NCBI GenBank assembly: GCA_964016885.1
Contig: OZ024750.1
Location: forward strand, 46,934,001 to 46,998,000
Direction: 5' to 3'
Source: Eledone cirrhosa
Lineage: Eukaryota
DNA length: 64,000 nucleotides
Shown: piece by piece, positions 14,561 through 26,872 of the stretch
Position numbering within the stretch: the stretch's first letter is position 1
How the letters are laid out: each line of letters begins with the position of its first letter
The notes under the pieces: model-generated
Database searches by the model: none
What the model was told of the DNA's origin: nothing
What the model saw: the letters and a program-made list of their open reading frames with translations, nothing else
Made by a program: the position numbers and the translations under genes

Positions 14561-15325
14561 TGTAAGTATGCATGTATACGTACATACATATATGTATACA
14601 GACGTACAGTAGCATGCAAATATATATATATATATATACGTATATATATACATATGCATACAGGTACACATACATATATGCACGTATCAGTTTAGCGGCG
14701 CTTATTATAACGTCGCTTTGTTCGTTTGTAAACAAACTGAACAGCCTGAATTTATGCCATACGGTGTTAAGGCAACCACGTCACCTTTTTGTTCAACACT
14801 GACACAGGAACGATGTACTAGTTTCAAGCTTGTTAGCTATCATCAGCACCGTTTACCCATCTGCCAGATAGTTGAACGTTCGAAAGTATATACTTTCCTT
14901 ATGAAAATTAACGGCTGAGAAGCCTAATTTGCATAGTGAGTGAGTTAAATCGGTCAGGCATACCGAAAACGATAAATTGAAACAAAATGAAAACGAAATT
15001 TCATTTCTCACTCTTAGTATGGCACTTACTTAAATGTAAGTATGCATGTATACGTACATACATATATGTATACAGACGTACAGTAGCATGCATATATATA
15101 TATATATATATATATACGTATATATATATAAGCGCCGCTAAACTGATACGTGCATATATGTATGTGTACCTGTATGCATATGTATATATATACGCATATA
15201 TATATATATGTGCATGCTACTGTACGTCTGTATACATATATGTATGTACGTATACATGCATACTTACATTTAAGTAAGTGCCATACTAAGAGTGAGAAAT
15301 GAAATTTCGTTTTCATTTTGTTTCA

Positions 15326-15331
<6 letters not shown>
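14561..15331. repeat. Complex direct-plus-inverted repeat between (TA)n arrays
   Basis: 14561-14645 recurs directly at 15035-15125. 14561-14705 recurs inverted at 15128-15270. 14972-15095 pairs with 15209-15331. Confidence 0.85.
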
Positions 15332-15366
<35 letters not shown>

Positions 15367-16989
15367 CTAAAGGTAATATTATTCTCTTATTTGGTTGGTT
15401 AATTAATAATCATGTTACACTTCTTCAGAACATTAAGTATATATCGAGGACACCCTAATTTTATAAGGAATCGCTATTCATATCTATTTTATTCACGCAT
15501 ATATTTCGATGTATAAGTATTTCTCTGGCGCCATATTTTTATTTTGTGCAGGCTATACTTTGAGTATATTTATATCTGCATTGTAATTGTTTTTTCATGT
15601 GAATCATCATGTGTATGTGCACATGTGCATAAACTACCCACGCAGGAATGCGAGAATATATGGAGTTCAGTTTGTAGAAGTCGTCAGAAAACTATATTAT
15701 AGAGAGTATGAAATATATTAAAAGTTATGGAAATTGATGTTAAATATAAACTATCAGAATTTTGTAGAAAGGAAATTCGCTGAATTAAATATGCCCATGC
15801 TATCATATGAGGTTAATTGCGTTCTTACGAAGAACGCCTACACACTATATTTAATTTACTTAGAAGCAATTTCCCTCTGCTCTCTTATGGATAAATGGAA
15901 AACAATGAAGAAACAGATGTGTGAACAAAATAAACCACAAACTTGAAATATACTTAACGAAGAAATAGAGATAAAATGAAAATCAGACATTTAAGCTTTA
16001 GATGGAATTTGATTACATACTAATCTCGCAAGATTCCATACTGATTTAGCGAAAGATACTAAAAAAAAAATAGGTTTCTCGACTTCATATCTTTACATCA
16101 TGTACATTGGTGGAGAGGATTCTGTGAACATTTGCAATACTAGAGTAAAGAATTTAATTTTTTATAAGATGCTACTTGGTAGTTTTCCTTGCTATATCCC
16201 TCGTCTATGATAGCAGACACTAAGAGTTTATACCATCAATTTGTATTAAGCAGATATTTAGTCTGCAGAATCGCCCGGCGATGTAACTCGTGAATTGTAC
16301 GCACTGCACCAATTTCCCATAAATCCAGCTGTGCATCTCGTTACATGAAGTCATGTTTATTTCATCTTATTAAATATATAATGTAACATTTTTTATAGCT
16401 TTAGGATACATTGATCGTTATAAAATATGCTTATTTGTCTAAAAGCTTTGTATCATAATTCTATTTAAGAACCTTTGTTGGATGTTTTATTTCAAACACT
16501 AGCTTAAAAAGTTGTAATATTGCTAATTGATTTCAAGTTCTTCGTTATTTTCAAAATGATTTACAAATCATAAATAGTGTGTTCCATTAAAAATATAGTA
16601 ACAAGAAAGTCAAAAATTAAATTTGAAAAATCTTCGAAAATGGTAATCCATCAAACACAACTAGAGGAAATGTCAGGAAAATAAAATAACCTTCCTTGCC
16701 TTGATAGAGGAATGTGGCTCTGTTAAGAGATACTTTCCGATTATCTCAGAAATATAAGACATATCTTTAAGGATGACGGAGTTTACGTTGAAAAGTCAAT
16801 AATTTGATCAGCTTGTAAATTAATGTGTAAGTGATTGAATATTTCACACCACAGGTAATTAAATTAATTCGCAGGTAGAATCAGTGTGACATAATTTGTG
16901 ATGAGAGAGGAAATGTTAATTACAGCTACCATCTCTCCATGGGTTTGCACACAGTTTACCACGAAATTAGTTTCAAATACAAGGCCTAG

Positions 16990-17200
16990 TTCAATATGCC
17001 GGGGCTTGTCCAACTATTCCCTTTTTGTACTGATCATCGTTGAGACAAATAGTGCCCATGGTCCCAGTACGGTGGATTTCCTCCACAAAATCGAAATAAC
17101 AAAAGCCCGCAACCCCATAATTTAGGAGACCCATGAGTTTGGGAAGATGTTGCAACGAGTGTCACTGACCATCTTCTGCGGTAATGCGCCCGCCTTTCAA
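16990..17200 (+). mobile_element. Decayed CRE-like restriction-like endonuclease fragment
   Basis: FVLIIVETNSAHGPSTVDFLHKI...MLQRVSLTIFCGNA parallels 4670-5007. Confidence 0.65.
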
Positions 17201-17494
17201 TTCTGTGGGTCACGTTCAAATCACTAGCTTGGTTGGGGTGTAGATTTGTCACCCCCCCCCCCATGTATTCCCTTTCCTTCGTTGCTTCATCATACTATTT
17301 TCTTTTTTCTTTTCGTTTTCTCTTGTTTTTCTCATTTAAATATTCAGGACTGAAAATCTAAATGGCACCCCTCATCAATATTGAATGAAGTAGGTCTGGA
17401 AATGATGAGAATATATCCGATTGGGATCCAACATAGTCTCATGATTCCAGAACTATATTCTTAAACATTATCCACACAATCTTAATTATAATGA

Positions 17495-17850
17495 AGTAAG
17501 GAGTGCGAGACTGTATCCGGAATGTATTTGTTTACCCCGTTTGTAAAATAAGTTGGATTATTTTAATAAATAATGAACGAATATTACATAATTTATCTAC
17601 TAAATTTCGTGGCTGTTGATTAATATATTTTATAGCTTTATTTAAAGATTCACTTCTTTAAAATTGTCAAATGTCAACACTTCCGGTTAGCGGCCGTTAT
17701 ATTATAACACTTATAATCGCATATATTTCCATCACTAATTATCTCCTAATGCAGTTTATATATAATAACGTCTTTTTTTAATTTATCATGGAATACGTTA
17801 CTGATTACAGAAGACAGTGTAACGTAGCCTTCGTTCAAATTTCTGTGTAT
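17495..17850 (-). repeat. Unclassified interspersed repeat, copy 2 (inverted relative to 5870-6200)
   Basis: Direct sequence comparison. Confidence 0.8.
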
Positions 17851-20800
17851 ATTGAAGGGTCGTTTTTCTACTAGTTTTTACTAATTCTTTTAGTATACTT
17901 ACAACGTCGGATAATGAGATTACGTATAAGTTCTCAAATGACACCACGTGTTCCTACTAATGGAACGTGGATAACATATCTGTACAAGTAGTCATAACAA
18001 ATGAAATATTTCAGTAGAAAAAGATAAACAAAACAAACAAAATCAAACAATATATATGCTGCTTATGATGTCAATGAAAACATAATTTGTATGTATCATT
18101 GTTTAATCACACAATGATGTATACAAATTATTTAATCACACACAGATTGCGCACTTGAGATTGCTCTAAGTAGCAACACTCCTCCTACCTTTGTGTTCAG
18201 AAGAGTAACAATAGCATTATGAAAAATCATATGTATTTTACTTACAAAAATAATACACTGATAAAACATTTTAAATATTCTGATTGTTTGAATTATAGAA
18301 TGGAATATTATAAGCGATACAATGGATTTAGTAATGTTGAACGTTATATAATGGAAGGTTTAGATAATTAGGTAATATTTCTGTAATGACAAAAGATAAT
18401 TATGTGCCTTACAGATATTTATGGTTAGTTTGAACATAAAGTGAGGGAGGGATTTATCACTGAAGCATTAATGAGCAAATTAAAACAAAATGTTTATGAG
18501 AGTAGGGTTATGTGTGTAACTCGCTTTCAGCGCCAAGAATATCATGGAAGCAATAAGCACCATGTATACGTTTGCTGTACAATAGAGAATCACTATTATC
18601 AAACTGCTACAGCAGATTGTATAATACAGAGTGATAACCTTCATATGAGTGTAGTTAGCTTGCGGAAAATGGTGACAGTTTGCAAATCAAATCGAAATGG
18701 AGGTAATTACAAATATTATGAACGGCAAATATTGAGTAATAATGTTATGAAACAATTGAACTAATATCATTATTCAAGAATAATTCGAATATTTGAAAAG
18801 AGACAAGACAATTCGGTTAAGTAGGTGGGCATATTTCTGAGAGAGTAATAAGTATGTATTAGGTGACTGTTTCCTGAATATGATCCAGTCTTATTCGGAG
18901 CTCATTATTCACGTTAAAGACATATAGGTACGTGTCCTAATGGTTATTGCTTTGGACTCATCGTAGATCCGACTAGACTATATATGCTCTAGGTGTACAA
19001 TCAACAAAATAACCCACCCGGGAAATTAATGTTCATTTGACTGAGGATTCCATAGACATCTGTATCATTAATATTATTCTCAAAATCATTCAGTGTGAAA
19101 CAGTGAGTTGCAATGCTGTTCCTTCGATTTAGATGTACAATCCATCCCACAGGCTTCAGTTTTTTTCTACCCAATTTTATTAACAAACGCTTTAAATGAG
19201 ACTTCGATGACATGATAAATTGTATTTACCCATGATGCGTTACTGTTGAATCGAAACCAGTGCCTTATTGCAAGGCAACCTCCTTAACCATTCAACCAAG
19301 TTACGTCCACTATGCAAACAAATACATGCATAAACACAGATAGTTATGGATGTCTGTGCATGTATGTAGACTCATAGTTTTCATTAAAACATCTCTCAAT
19401 GAGAAGGTCAATTTGATATAAAACCTGGCATTTCGTTTGAATCCAATGATGTAGCCTTGTTCTTCTATATGGGGCAAATTCATTCCATGTTCAAAGAGTA
19501 GGATTGGCCCCGTGAAAAGCCTTTCATTACTTAAAAATCTTCAAGCACAGGCATGGCGCGATATGTGACATTTTTCGTTATTCATGTTATTTCTGGCCAT
19601 GAGACAGTTTCTGACAGGACTAGAAAGCAATGTACATGATGCTCATGCTTAAGTATCGAGTGATGGAATTACTCGAAATCGAGTTGCAGCCATTATATCT
19701 GTGTGTATGTGAGTGTGTGTTTAGGAGAGAATATTAATGCAATTATAGAGTAATTTGGTCTAATTATTCATATAACAGTCCATTGAAGCTCTATTTTAAA
19801 ATTATTCAACAAAAAAATCTTAGACATCGCTTGAAAGGTCCCTCTGTATTTTACGGTAGATAACACACTCGCAAGACACCAATAAATCATGTAAAGAGAC
19901 ACGTTGCTCTATCAGCTATTGACCAGTCGATGATCTGGCTGGGATTTTCTATTCCCACTTCTCATTTAGACATTTCATTTTCCTATTTCGTATTGAAATG
20001 TGTTTTATGCAACACATGGTTGGCGGTTATTTATGGCAGTAGTCTTTATTAGACGATTATGAGACGTGGACAGTGAAAAAATATGAATATAATGGATTTT
20101 ATAGAGATTGCCAAAGCTAATTTTGTAATTTTTAAACGACGAGATTTTTTTCTTCTTTTTGGCAGAGAAAAACCATAACTCAGTCTACTGTTGTATACTA
20201 TTGAATATAAAGAAATAGCTGATGTATAAATGTTGGCACATATGCAAACATAGTTTCAGCGATATAATAAAATAAAGATAAAATTGAGAGAAGCTTGGGA
20301 AATAGAAACTCGTTTCTACCGTCCCCAATAATTTCACTGGTTCTCATAAATTAAAGGGTGTTTCTGAGAAGCTGCAAGGATATCATTTCGCAAATTAGGC
20401 CCTTACACATTTGGCAACTGTATCACAATAATAATAAGTATTATGTTCGCGTGAGTAATTGTATCTTAGTATCAGCATGTTACATGCCAAAATATGCAAA
20501 CTATATCATATAGCAATGCATTTACATTTAGAGTCGTTGGAAGTTATAAGTATACGAAGACATTTCTACATATATTAATCTCCGTCAATCTCTCTTCCTC
20601 TATCTTTTTCTTCTGCCTCATGAAAAAAAGAATCACTTGCATCATTTTTTGTAGGGAAAGTCAATTATATCAATCTGAGTCCTTCATTGGTGATATATTT
20701 TATTGATCTTGGAAGCATGAAAGTCAAAATTGACTTGTCTGAGATTTGAACTGAATGTAAAGATCCAGCACACATGCAGCAAAGTATGTCGTCCGACGCC

Positions 20801-21532
20801 CTTGCCTCCCTTTAGGAAGTAAATTGGCAGAGTCGTTAGAACGTCAAATAGAATGCTATATGGTATTCGTTCCGGCTCTTTGCCCTGTGTTGAAATCTCG
20901 CGAAGGCCAACTTTGGCATTCATTCTTTCGTGGTCGATAAGAAAATACCAGTCTAGTAATGAGGCGGATTCTCCCTTCATATCTCTCTCACTTTCCGTCC
21001 TTCTCTGGCAGAAATCATGCTCAGGCCTGGAGAGGGATGAGTTCCGCCAGGCTTAAAATACCCAAGAAACGCCGTATGTCTATACGGTGCCCCTACAACT
21101 CAATTAGGAGTTAGGGTACAATACATATATACTTACTTCCATGCGAATTCACAAATCTCAAAGAAAATGATTGCTTATAATATAATGAAGAGGCCTGGCG
21201 TTGTTCGGGAGGGGAACATCGATTATATCGAGCGAGGACTTGATTGGTACTTTATTTTAACGACCTTGGAAGAAAGAAAGACAAAGGAGACTTCAGTGGT
21301 ATGCATTATGTATTTACTGCCATGTATTTGTTCGACACCTTCACGTCCGTGCCAATCCACTATCCTACACCAAAATAAAATAATAAGAATAATAATGGTG
21401 ACTGATTTAGGCACAAGGCCACCAATTTTAGGGGTTCCAAATGTCGATTAAATCAACCCATTTTGTTCGATGCTCTAATAATTTACTCTCCTGAGTTCTT
21501 AATAGTAATTATTATTATCAGTATTATCAGAA

Positions 21533-21930
21533 GGGCGGTGAATTTGCAGTATCGGTAGAGGGTCGGACGCCATTCTTTCCAGCATAGTTACGTGCCTTTA
21601 CGATCTGAGTTCAAATCCCGCCGAGGTTGACTTTGCCTTTCATGCTTACGGGGTCGATAAAATAAAGTACCAGTAATGTACTGGGTGATTGCTGGCCCTG
21701 TGCCTAAAGTAGAAACAATTTTTATCAGTATTATTATAAGGGTGGTGGATTGGCAGTATCGTAGAGGGTTGGACGCCATGCTTTGCAGCAAATAATAAAG
21801 GCCCTTTATGGTCTGAGTTCAAATCCCGCTGAGGTTAACATTTCCTTGCATCTTTATGGATTCAATAAAATAAATCACCAGTAATACACTCGGATAATTG
21901 CTGGCCTTGTGCCAAAAAAGAAACAATTAT
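21533..21930 (+). mobile_element. Two tandem tRNA-derived SINE copies (21533-21720, 21740-21930)
   Basis: Same head, core and tail as 1609-1800. Older diverged copies lie at ~20700-21000 and ~21190-21430. Confidence 0.88.
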
Positions 21931-22311
21931 TATCAGTATTATTGTTACATCTACTATTAGTTAAGGTCGAAGGAAATGATTGTTAACTGTTCAATAAATG
22001 ATCAATAACTGTTTCTATAGATGAGAATGAATCTAGATTGTGAAACATCCATGTATATAAGAGAGAGAAAATATATGCAGGCATCGGTTAATTTTAAATT
22101 GCCACTGCCCGAACAATAACACCAAAAGAGCTTAAATGTTTTATCTACTAATATCATACCGATATAGTTGGGTGGTTACAGGGTTTGGCTTTATCCATGT
22201 GGCTTCAAGTTCAATACAAGTGCGTGGCAGCCGTTGCTATTATCATCACAAGTGAAAGATATATTGGTAAACGGAAAGTACAGAAGTCTGTCAATAATAT
22301 ATATATATATA

Positions 22312-22365
<54 letters not shown>

Positions 22366-22468
22366 AACGGCGTAGAACAAATGTTTATTAATAGTACAGT
22401 TTAAATTAAAGAATCGTTGTGCTCACACTGTGAAACCATCGATTCTATAATTAAAATTTAATCTGCAC

Positions 22469-22556
<88 letters not shown>

Positions 22557-23172
22557 TGTGTGTGTGTGTGTGTGAATGTATATGTCGCTCGTCGACAAGA
22601 AATACAAACTATTAATAAAATATCAGACTTGACAATAAATACGCCAGTCCTACACATGTTCCATCCTTCCACCCATGGAAAAAATAGATTGAATGCAAAC
22701 TATACTTTTTTTGTATACATTACCTTTGTAACTTTTATTATAAAAGAGTTTCCTTAATTTGTTAGAATATTTATTTGGGAAGTAATAGCCTATGGCACTT
22801 TCGTCAAAGAAGAAAATGAATTATTTAGATTCGCTTTAGGTTATATGTATATATTTGTCAGGTAGTGTCTAGGATCCCTCTGATTGTATTTATTTCGTAA
22901 AATGTTTTATATTGATTTATAATCGCTAAAGTTGAAAAGTGTGTTGAACCTTAAGCAGAACGGAAAACATCAAAGACTCGTACTACAGCATTATAATTCA
23001 TCGACATACAAACACACTCATTCCATTGTTCAACAAATTTCATTTGAATATATTAAATTATGTGTAGTCTTGTAAATTTCAGAGAATGAATAGGTTCAGG
23101 AATCTGGTATACGATTAAATGTGTATTTACATTTACTATATCTTGAGCCGGAGTTTCAGCTTGCTCATTCTT

Positions 23173-23238
<66 letters not shown>

Positions 23239-23837
23239 GTTGGGTTCAAGTACGAATTCAGGCATACCTTTAAGGCAACCAACATTCAGTATTTTCGTAA
23301 ATCATGCACACAAGCAGCACAATCAATATCGTCAGAAACACGTGCACAAAGCTTTTACTAACATGTGGAGAATATTATAAGCATAAACTTAATTCTAACA
23401 GGGTTACAATAAAAATAATATGACCTATATAGATAAGGCAACAGTCAATCATTGCGAAAATGAACGCATGGGGTTATACCTTGAGCAAAATACAGGATAT
23501 ATTGTAAGAATAAAAGGTTGAATATAGAAAGTTGGTGATAATGTGCTTAAGGCAAAGTTTAATACAATGGATGTATTAAGGTGATTAATATATAGGTATT
23601 TATATTATTCGTCGAGCAGGAAAAGAAACATAGATACCCCATATCCCTGCTGAAATGATATTTTGTATAATGTAATAGAGAAATAGGAAACTAATGAAGT
23701 TACATTATTTTGTAACATACAACAATAGAATATAGGTCTGTGTCGTACATATATTTCATTTATAACGGAGTAAACTAATTAGACATAATAAACGAACTAC
23801 AATCACCATTATCATAATATATATATATATATATATA

Positions 23838-23895
23838 TAACGAGGGGAATGTGCTAAGGAACCAGGTGGACCATAACGCACCAAAATACTCAATA
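23838..23895 (-). mobile_element. Terminal ~58 nt of PLE family D
   Basis: Matches 38698-38756, 59957-60016 and 58893-58951. Confidence 0.8.
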
Positions 23896-23905
23896 CACAC
23901 ACACA

Positions 23906-23960
<55 letters not shown>

Positions 23961-24012
23961 TCAGGTTATCAATAATGTAGTGATAATATATCGTTACGTT
24001 AGATCATCGGAT

Positions 24013-26181
24013 CTTAACAAGGATAAATTTGGATTTAAATCTTACAAGAACCCACCCTCAAACCCACTTTTGGATGCATTTGAACAAGACCTAATGGATA
24101 TGATCATGGAGATCAAATTTACAAAACGTAAGAACAATAAACTACAGAATGACATCACGGCACTGCTCAATAATCTAAAAAACGCCAATGGAATTATTGT
24201 TAGAGCAGACAAAACATCAAACGTATATACCATGGATGTGGACACTTACAATAACTTCATCCGTAAGGAATTGCATAAAAAATACAGGAAAACTAATGAA
24301 GCCACACTTAAAAACATCAACAACTCGGCATGTGATATCGTTAAAAAACTTTGTATTGACGATAGAACGCAACCCTTAACACCAGCTATACCATCCTTCA
24401 ACCTGAAGGACCACAAGGTAAACTTCGATACTAACCCTAATATTAGACTTATATGCCCCTCTAAATCTGATATAGGTAAAATTAGCAAATATATACTAGA
24501 CAGAATTATCCCCCAAGTTAAGGTTAAAGTAGAGATTAAACTATGGGGTAACACTCATGAAGCAATAAGATGGTTTAACAACATTACTGATAAGAAAAAA
24601 TCAAAATTTATTCAGTTTGATATTGATGAATATTATTCCTCAATTTCACCTGATACTCTACATGAAGCTCTTTCGTTCGCTAAAGATAATTCCGACCTTA
24701 CGGATGCTGAAATTAAAATTATTATGGAAGCGAGAAAAACTATAGTTAAATTCGATGATAGCTACTGGGTTCGCAAAGATAGACCTTCTAATTTTGATAT
24801 CACTATGGGTTCTAATGATTCGGCGGAAGTAACAGATCTTGTGGGAATTTATATCACCCACAGATTACAAGGAAATTTCAAGGATCTCCACGGTGGAATT
24901 TACCGTGACGATGCGCTCCTATTAGTTAAGCATATGAATAACCAGAATTTAGAAAGGATGCGTAAAAATATCAGAAAACTTTTTAAAGAACTAGGATTAA
25001 ATATTACATTTGAATATAACCTCAAAGAGGTCAATTTCCTTGATGTTACTTTCAATCTCAATACAGATACGATTAAACTGTTCCATAAACTAAATGAGAA
25101 CCTTAAATATGTAAATACGAATTCTAACCATCCACTCTCTATAATTAAATCCATCCCTAGAAATGTTTCTCTTAGAATCTCCCGCCTATCGTCCAACCAA
25201 CAAACCTTCAAAGAACATGCCGAGTATTATGATGATGCACTTAGGAAAGCCGGTTACCTAGATAATATAGAGTATATAGTCAATGATCACCAAAACACCC
25301 AAAATAAATCACATAGGAGTAGAAATAGCACAGAATCACCACCATACATACACTACCGCAATAGACACAATAATAGTCGCACACCACCAAACAGAAGGCG
25401 ATGTAAGGAGTATATCTGGTACAACCCGGTCTATAACAAATCTATTAAAACCAATCTACCCTCAAAATTCTTTCGATTAGTTAGAAAACACTTTCCAACA
25501 TCACATAAATATAATAAAATCTTAAACCCTAACACTATTCGACTTTCATATTCAACCGCCCCTAATATTGAACAACATATAAAAAAGCTTAACGCAAAAC
25601 GGTTGTATAAACGCCTTCCAACACATAACAATACACGTAAAACATTAGCTATAACATCACAAAACAACAAACAACATCCTGTCCTACATAAGCAACCTCA
25701 TCAACCCATCCATGGCAATACAACAACGCAAAATTGTAATTGCAACTGTGTCCAACCAGGAATGTGTCCGTTGAACAATCAGTGTCTTGAACGCAACATC
25801 GTATACAAATGTACTATCGAATCGGATAGACAGAAGTGGTACTATATGGGATCTACAGCCACCTCCTTCAAATCACGCCTTTATAGACATCGTTATTCGA
25901 TAAAACATGAAAACCAGCGTTATGTAACAACACTCGCAGACAAGGCTTGGCAGCTGCGTGAAAATAACCAACAATTTCACCTAAAATGGGATATAATAGC
26001 GACTGCCCCCCCCCCCTCCCCATAATCCAATGGACAGGAATTTTGTAAATTATGTAATGTAGAATTATTTTGTATTATGAAATCCAAAAACATTTTATTA
26101 AATAACAGAATAGAGCGATCGTTATACTGTAACCATCGCTTAAAATCTACATTTTCATATTATAAATACTACCAGGATTGA
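24013..26181 (+). pseudogene. PLE reverse transcriptase/GIY-YIG endonuclease ORF with one in-frame TAA (26023-26025)
   Basis: FGFKS, ADKT, QFDIDEYY, ITMGS, YRDD, FLDVT, CNCVQPGMCPLNNQCL, IVYKC..YMG. The same frame continues SNGQEFCKLC...CNH to TGA at 26179-26181. The N-terminus of ORF call 23851 is microsatellite read-through. Confidence 0.9.
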
Positions 26182-26653
26182 ACGCCTGTCTCTATCCCCG
26201 TTTGATTGTCAAAATAGATATGAACATTCTTTATTAGTCTTAATTCTATCAACTCTTCTATTATTTACCTTTTAATACAAACTGCTATAGATAAAATGAG
26301 ATTTCTGATTTCTTGATTCAATTCCCTAGTGCATATACCAGCTGGCTACTAGCATTGATGTTATTTAGTAGCAATCGAAATCTACCCCTTCCCCAATTGA
26401 CACTTTATAATTAATACTACTGCACCAAATGACCAGCCCTGTCCACTGTCCAGTTGGTCAAGTAGAGATTAAAATTGGCACTCCCAAAATTCTTATTTAG
26501 ATTTACTCATGGTATTCTCATTAAAAACCCATTATATACTTGTTTAGCAGTAAATTATTTTACCATCTGTCATATTCTATCCCCTCTGTTCCTTCCTCTT
26601 TTACTAGTATAAATACTTCAATTTTTCTGATTTTATCCAGTTTATCCAAAATC

Positions 26654-26765
26654 TCTGAAGAAGTGACAACTGATTATACATTTGCTATCGAATACTTGCT
26701 AACATTATATGATTACGCAAGCAGCGATACATAGGTATTCGGTCTGTTACAGAAACATATGTCAA
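26654..26765 (+). ncRNA. Hammerhead-like motif of family C with long stem II
   Basis: CTGAAGA...GAAACATATGTC with palindromic stem III and a GUC triplet. Stem I pairs poorly, so it may be inactive. Confidence 0.5.
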
Positions 26766-26817
26766 TACCTAATAAATTCCTTTTTTAACAAAAGCACTTT
26801 CATTTTATATTCATCCT

Positions 26818-26869
<52 letters not shown>

Positions 26870-26872
<3 letters not shown>

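Larger units (their letters stand above)
23957..26820 (+). mobile_element. Near full-length Naiad-type PLE (family C) between (TA)n arrays
   Basis: RT plus GIY-YIG ORF, ~640-nt 3' UTR with a hammerhead-like motif, AATAAA, then (TA)n. Confidence 0.93.

Noticed and set aside
18290-18930. Possible highly decayed Ty3/gypsy integrase
   Set aside because: Only vague motif spacing with many stops; it cannot be supported without a profile search.
21533-21620. SINE heads as tRNA genes
   Set aside because: A/B-box-like motifs only, no cloverleaf, and always attached to the SINE core and tail.
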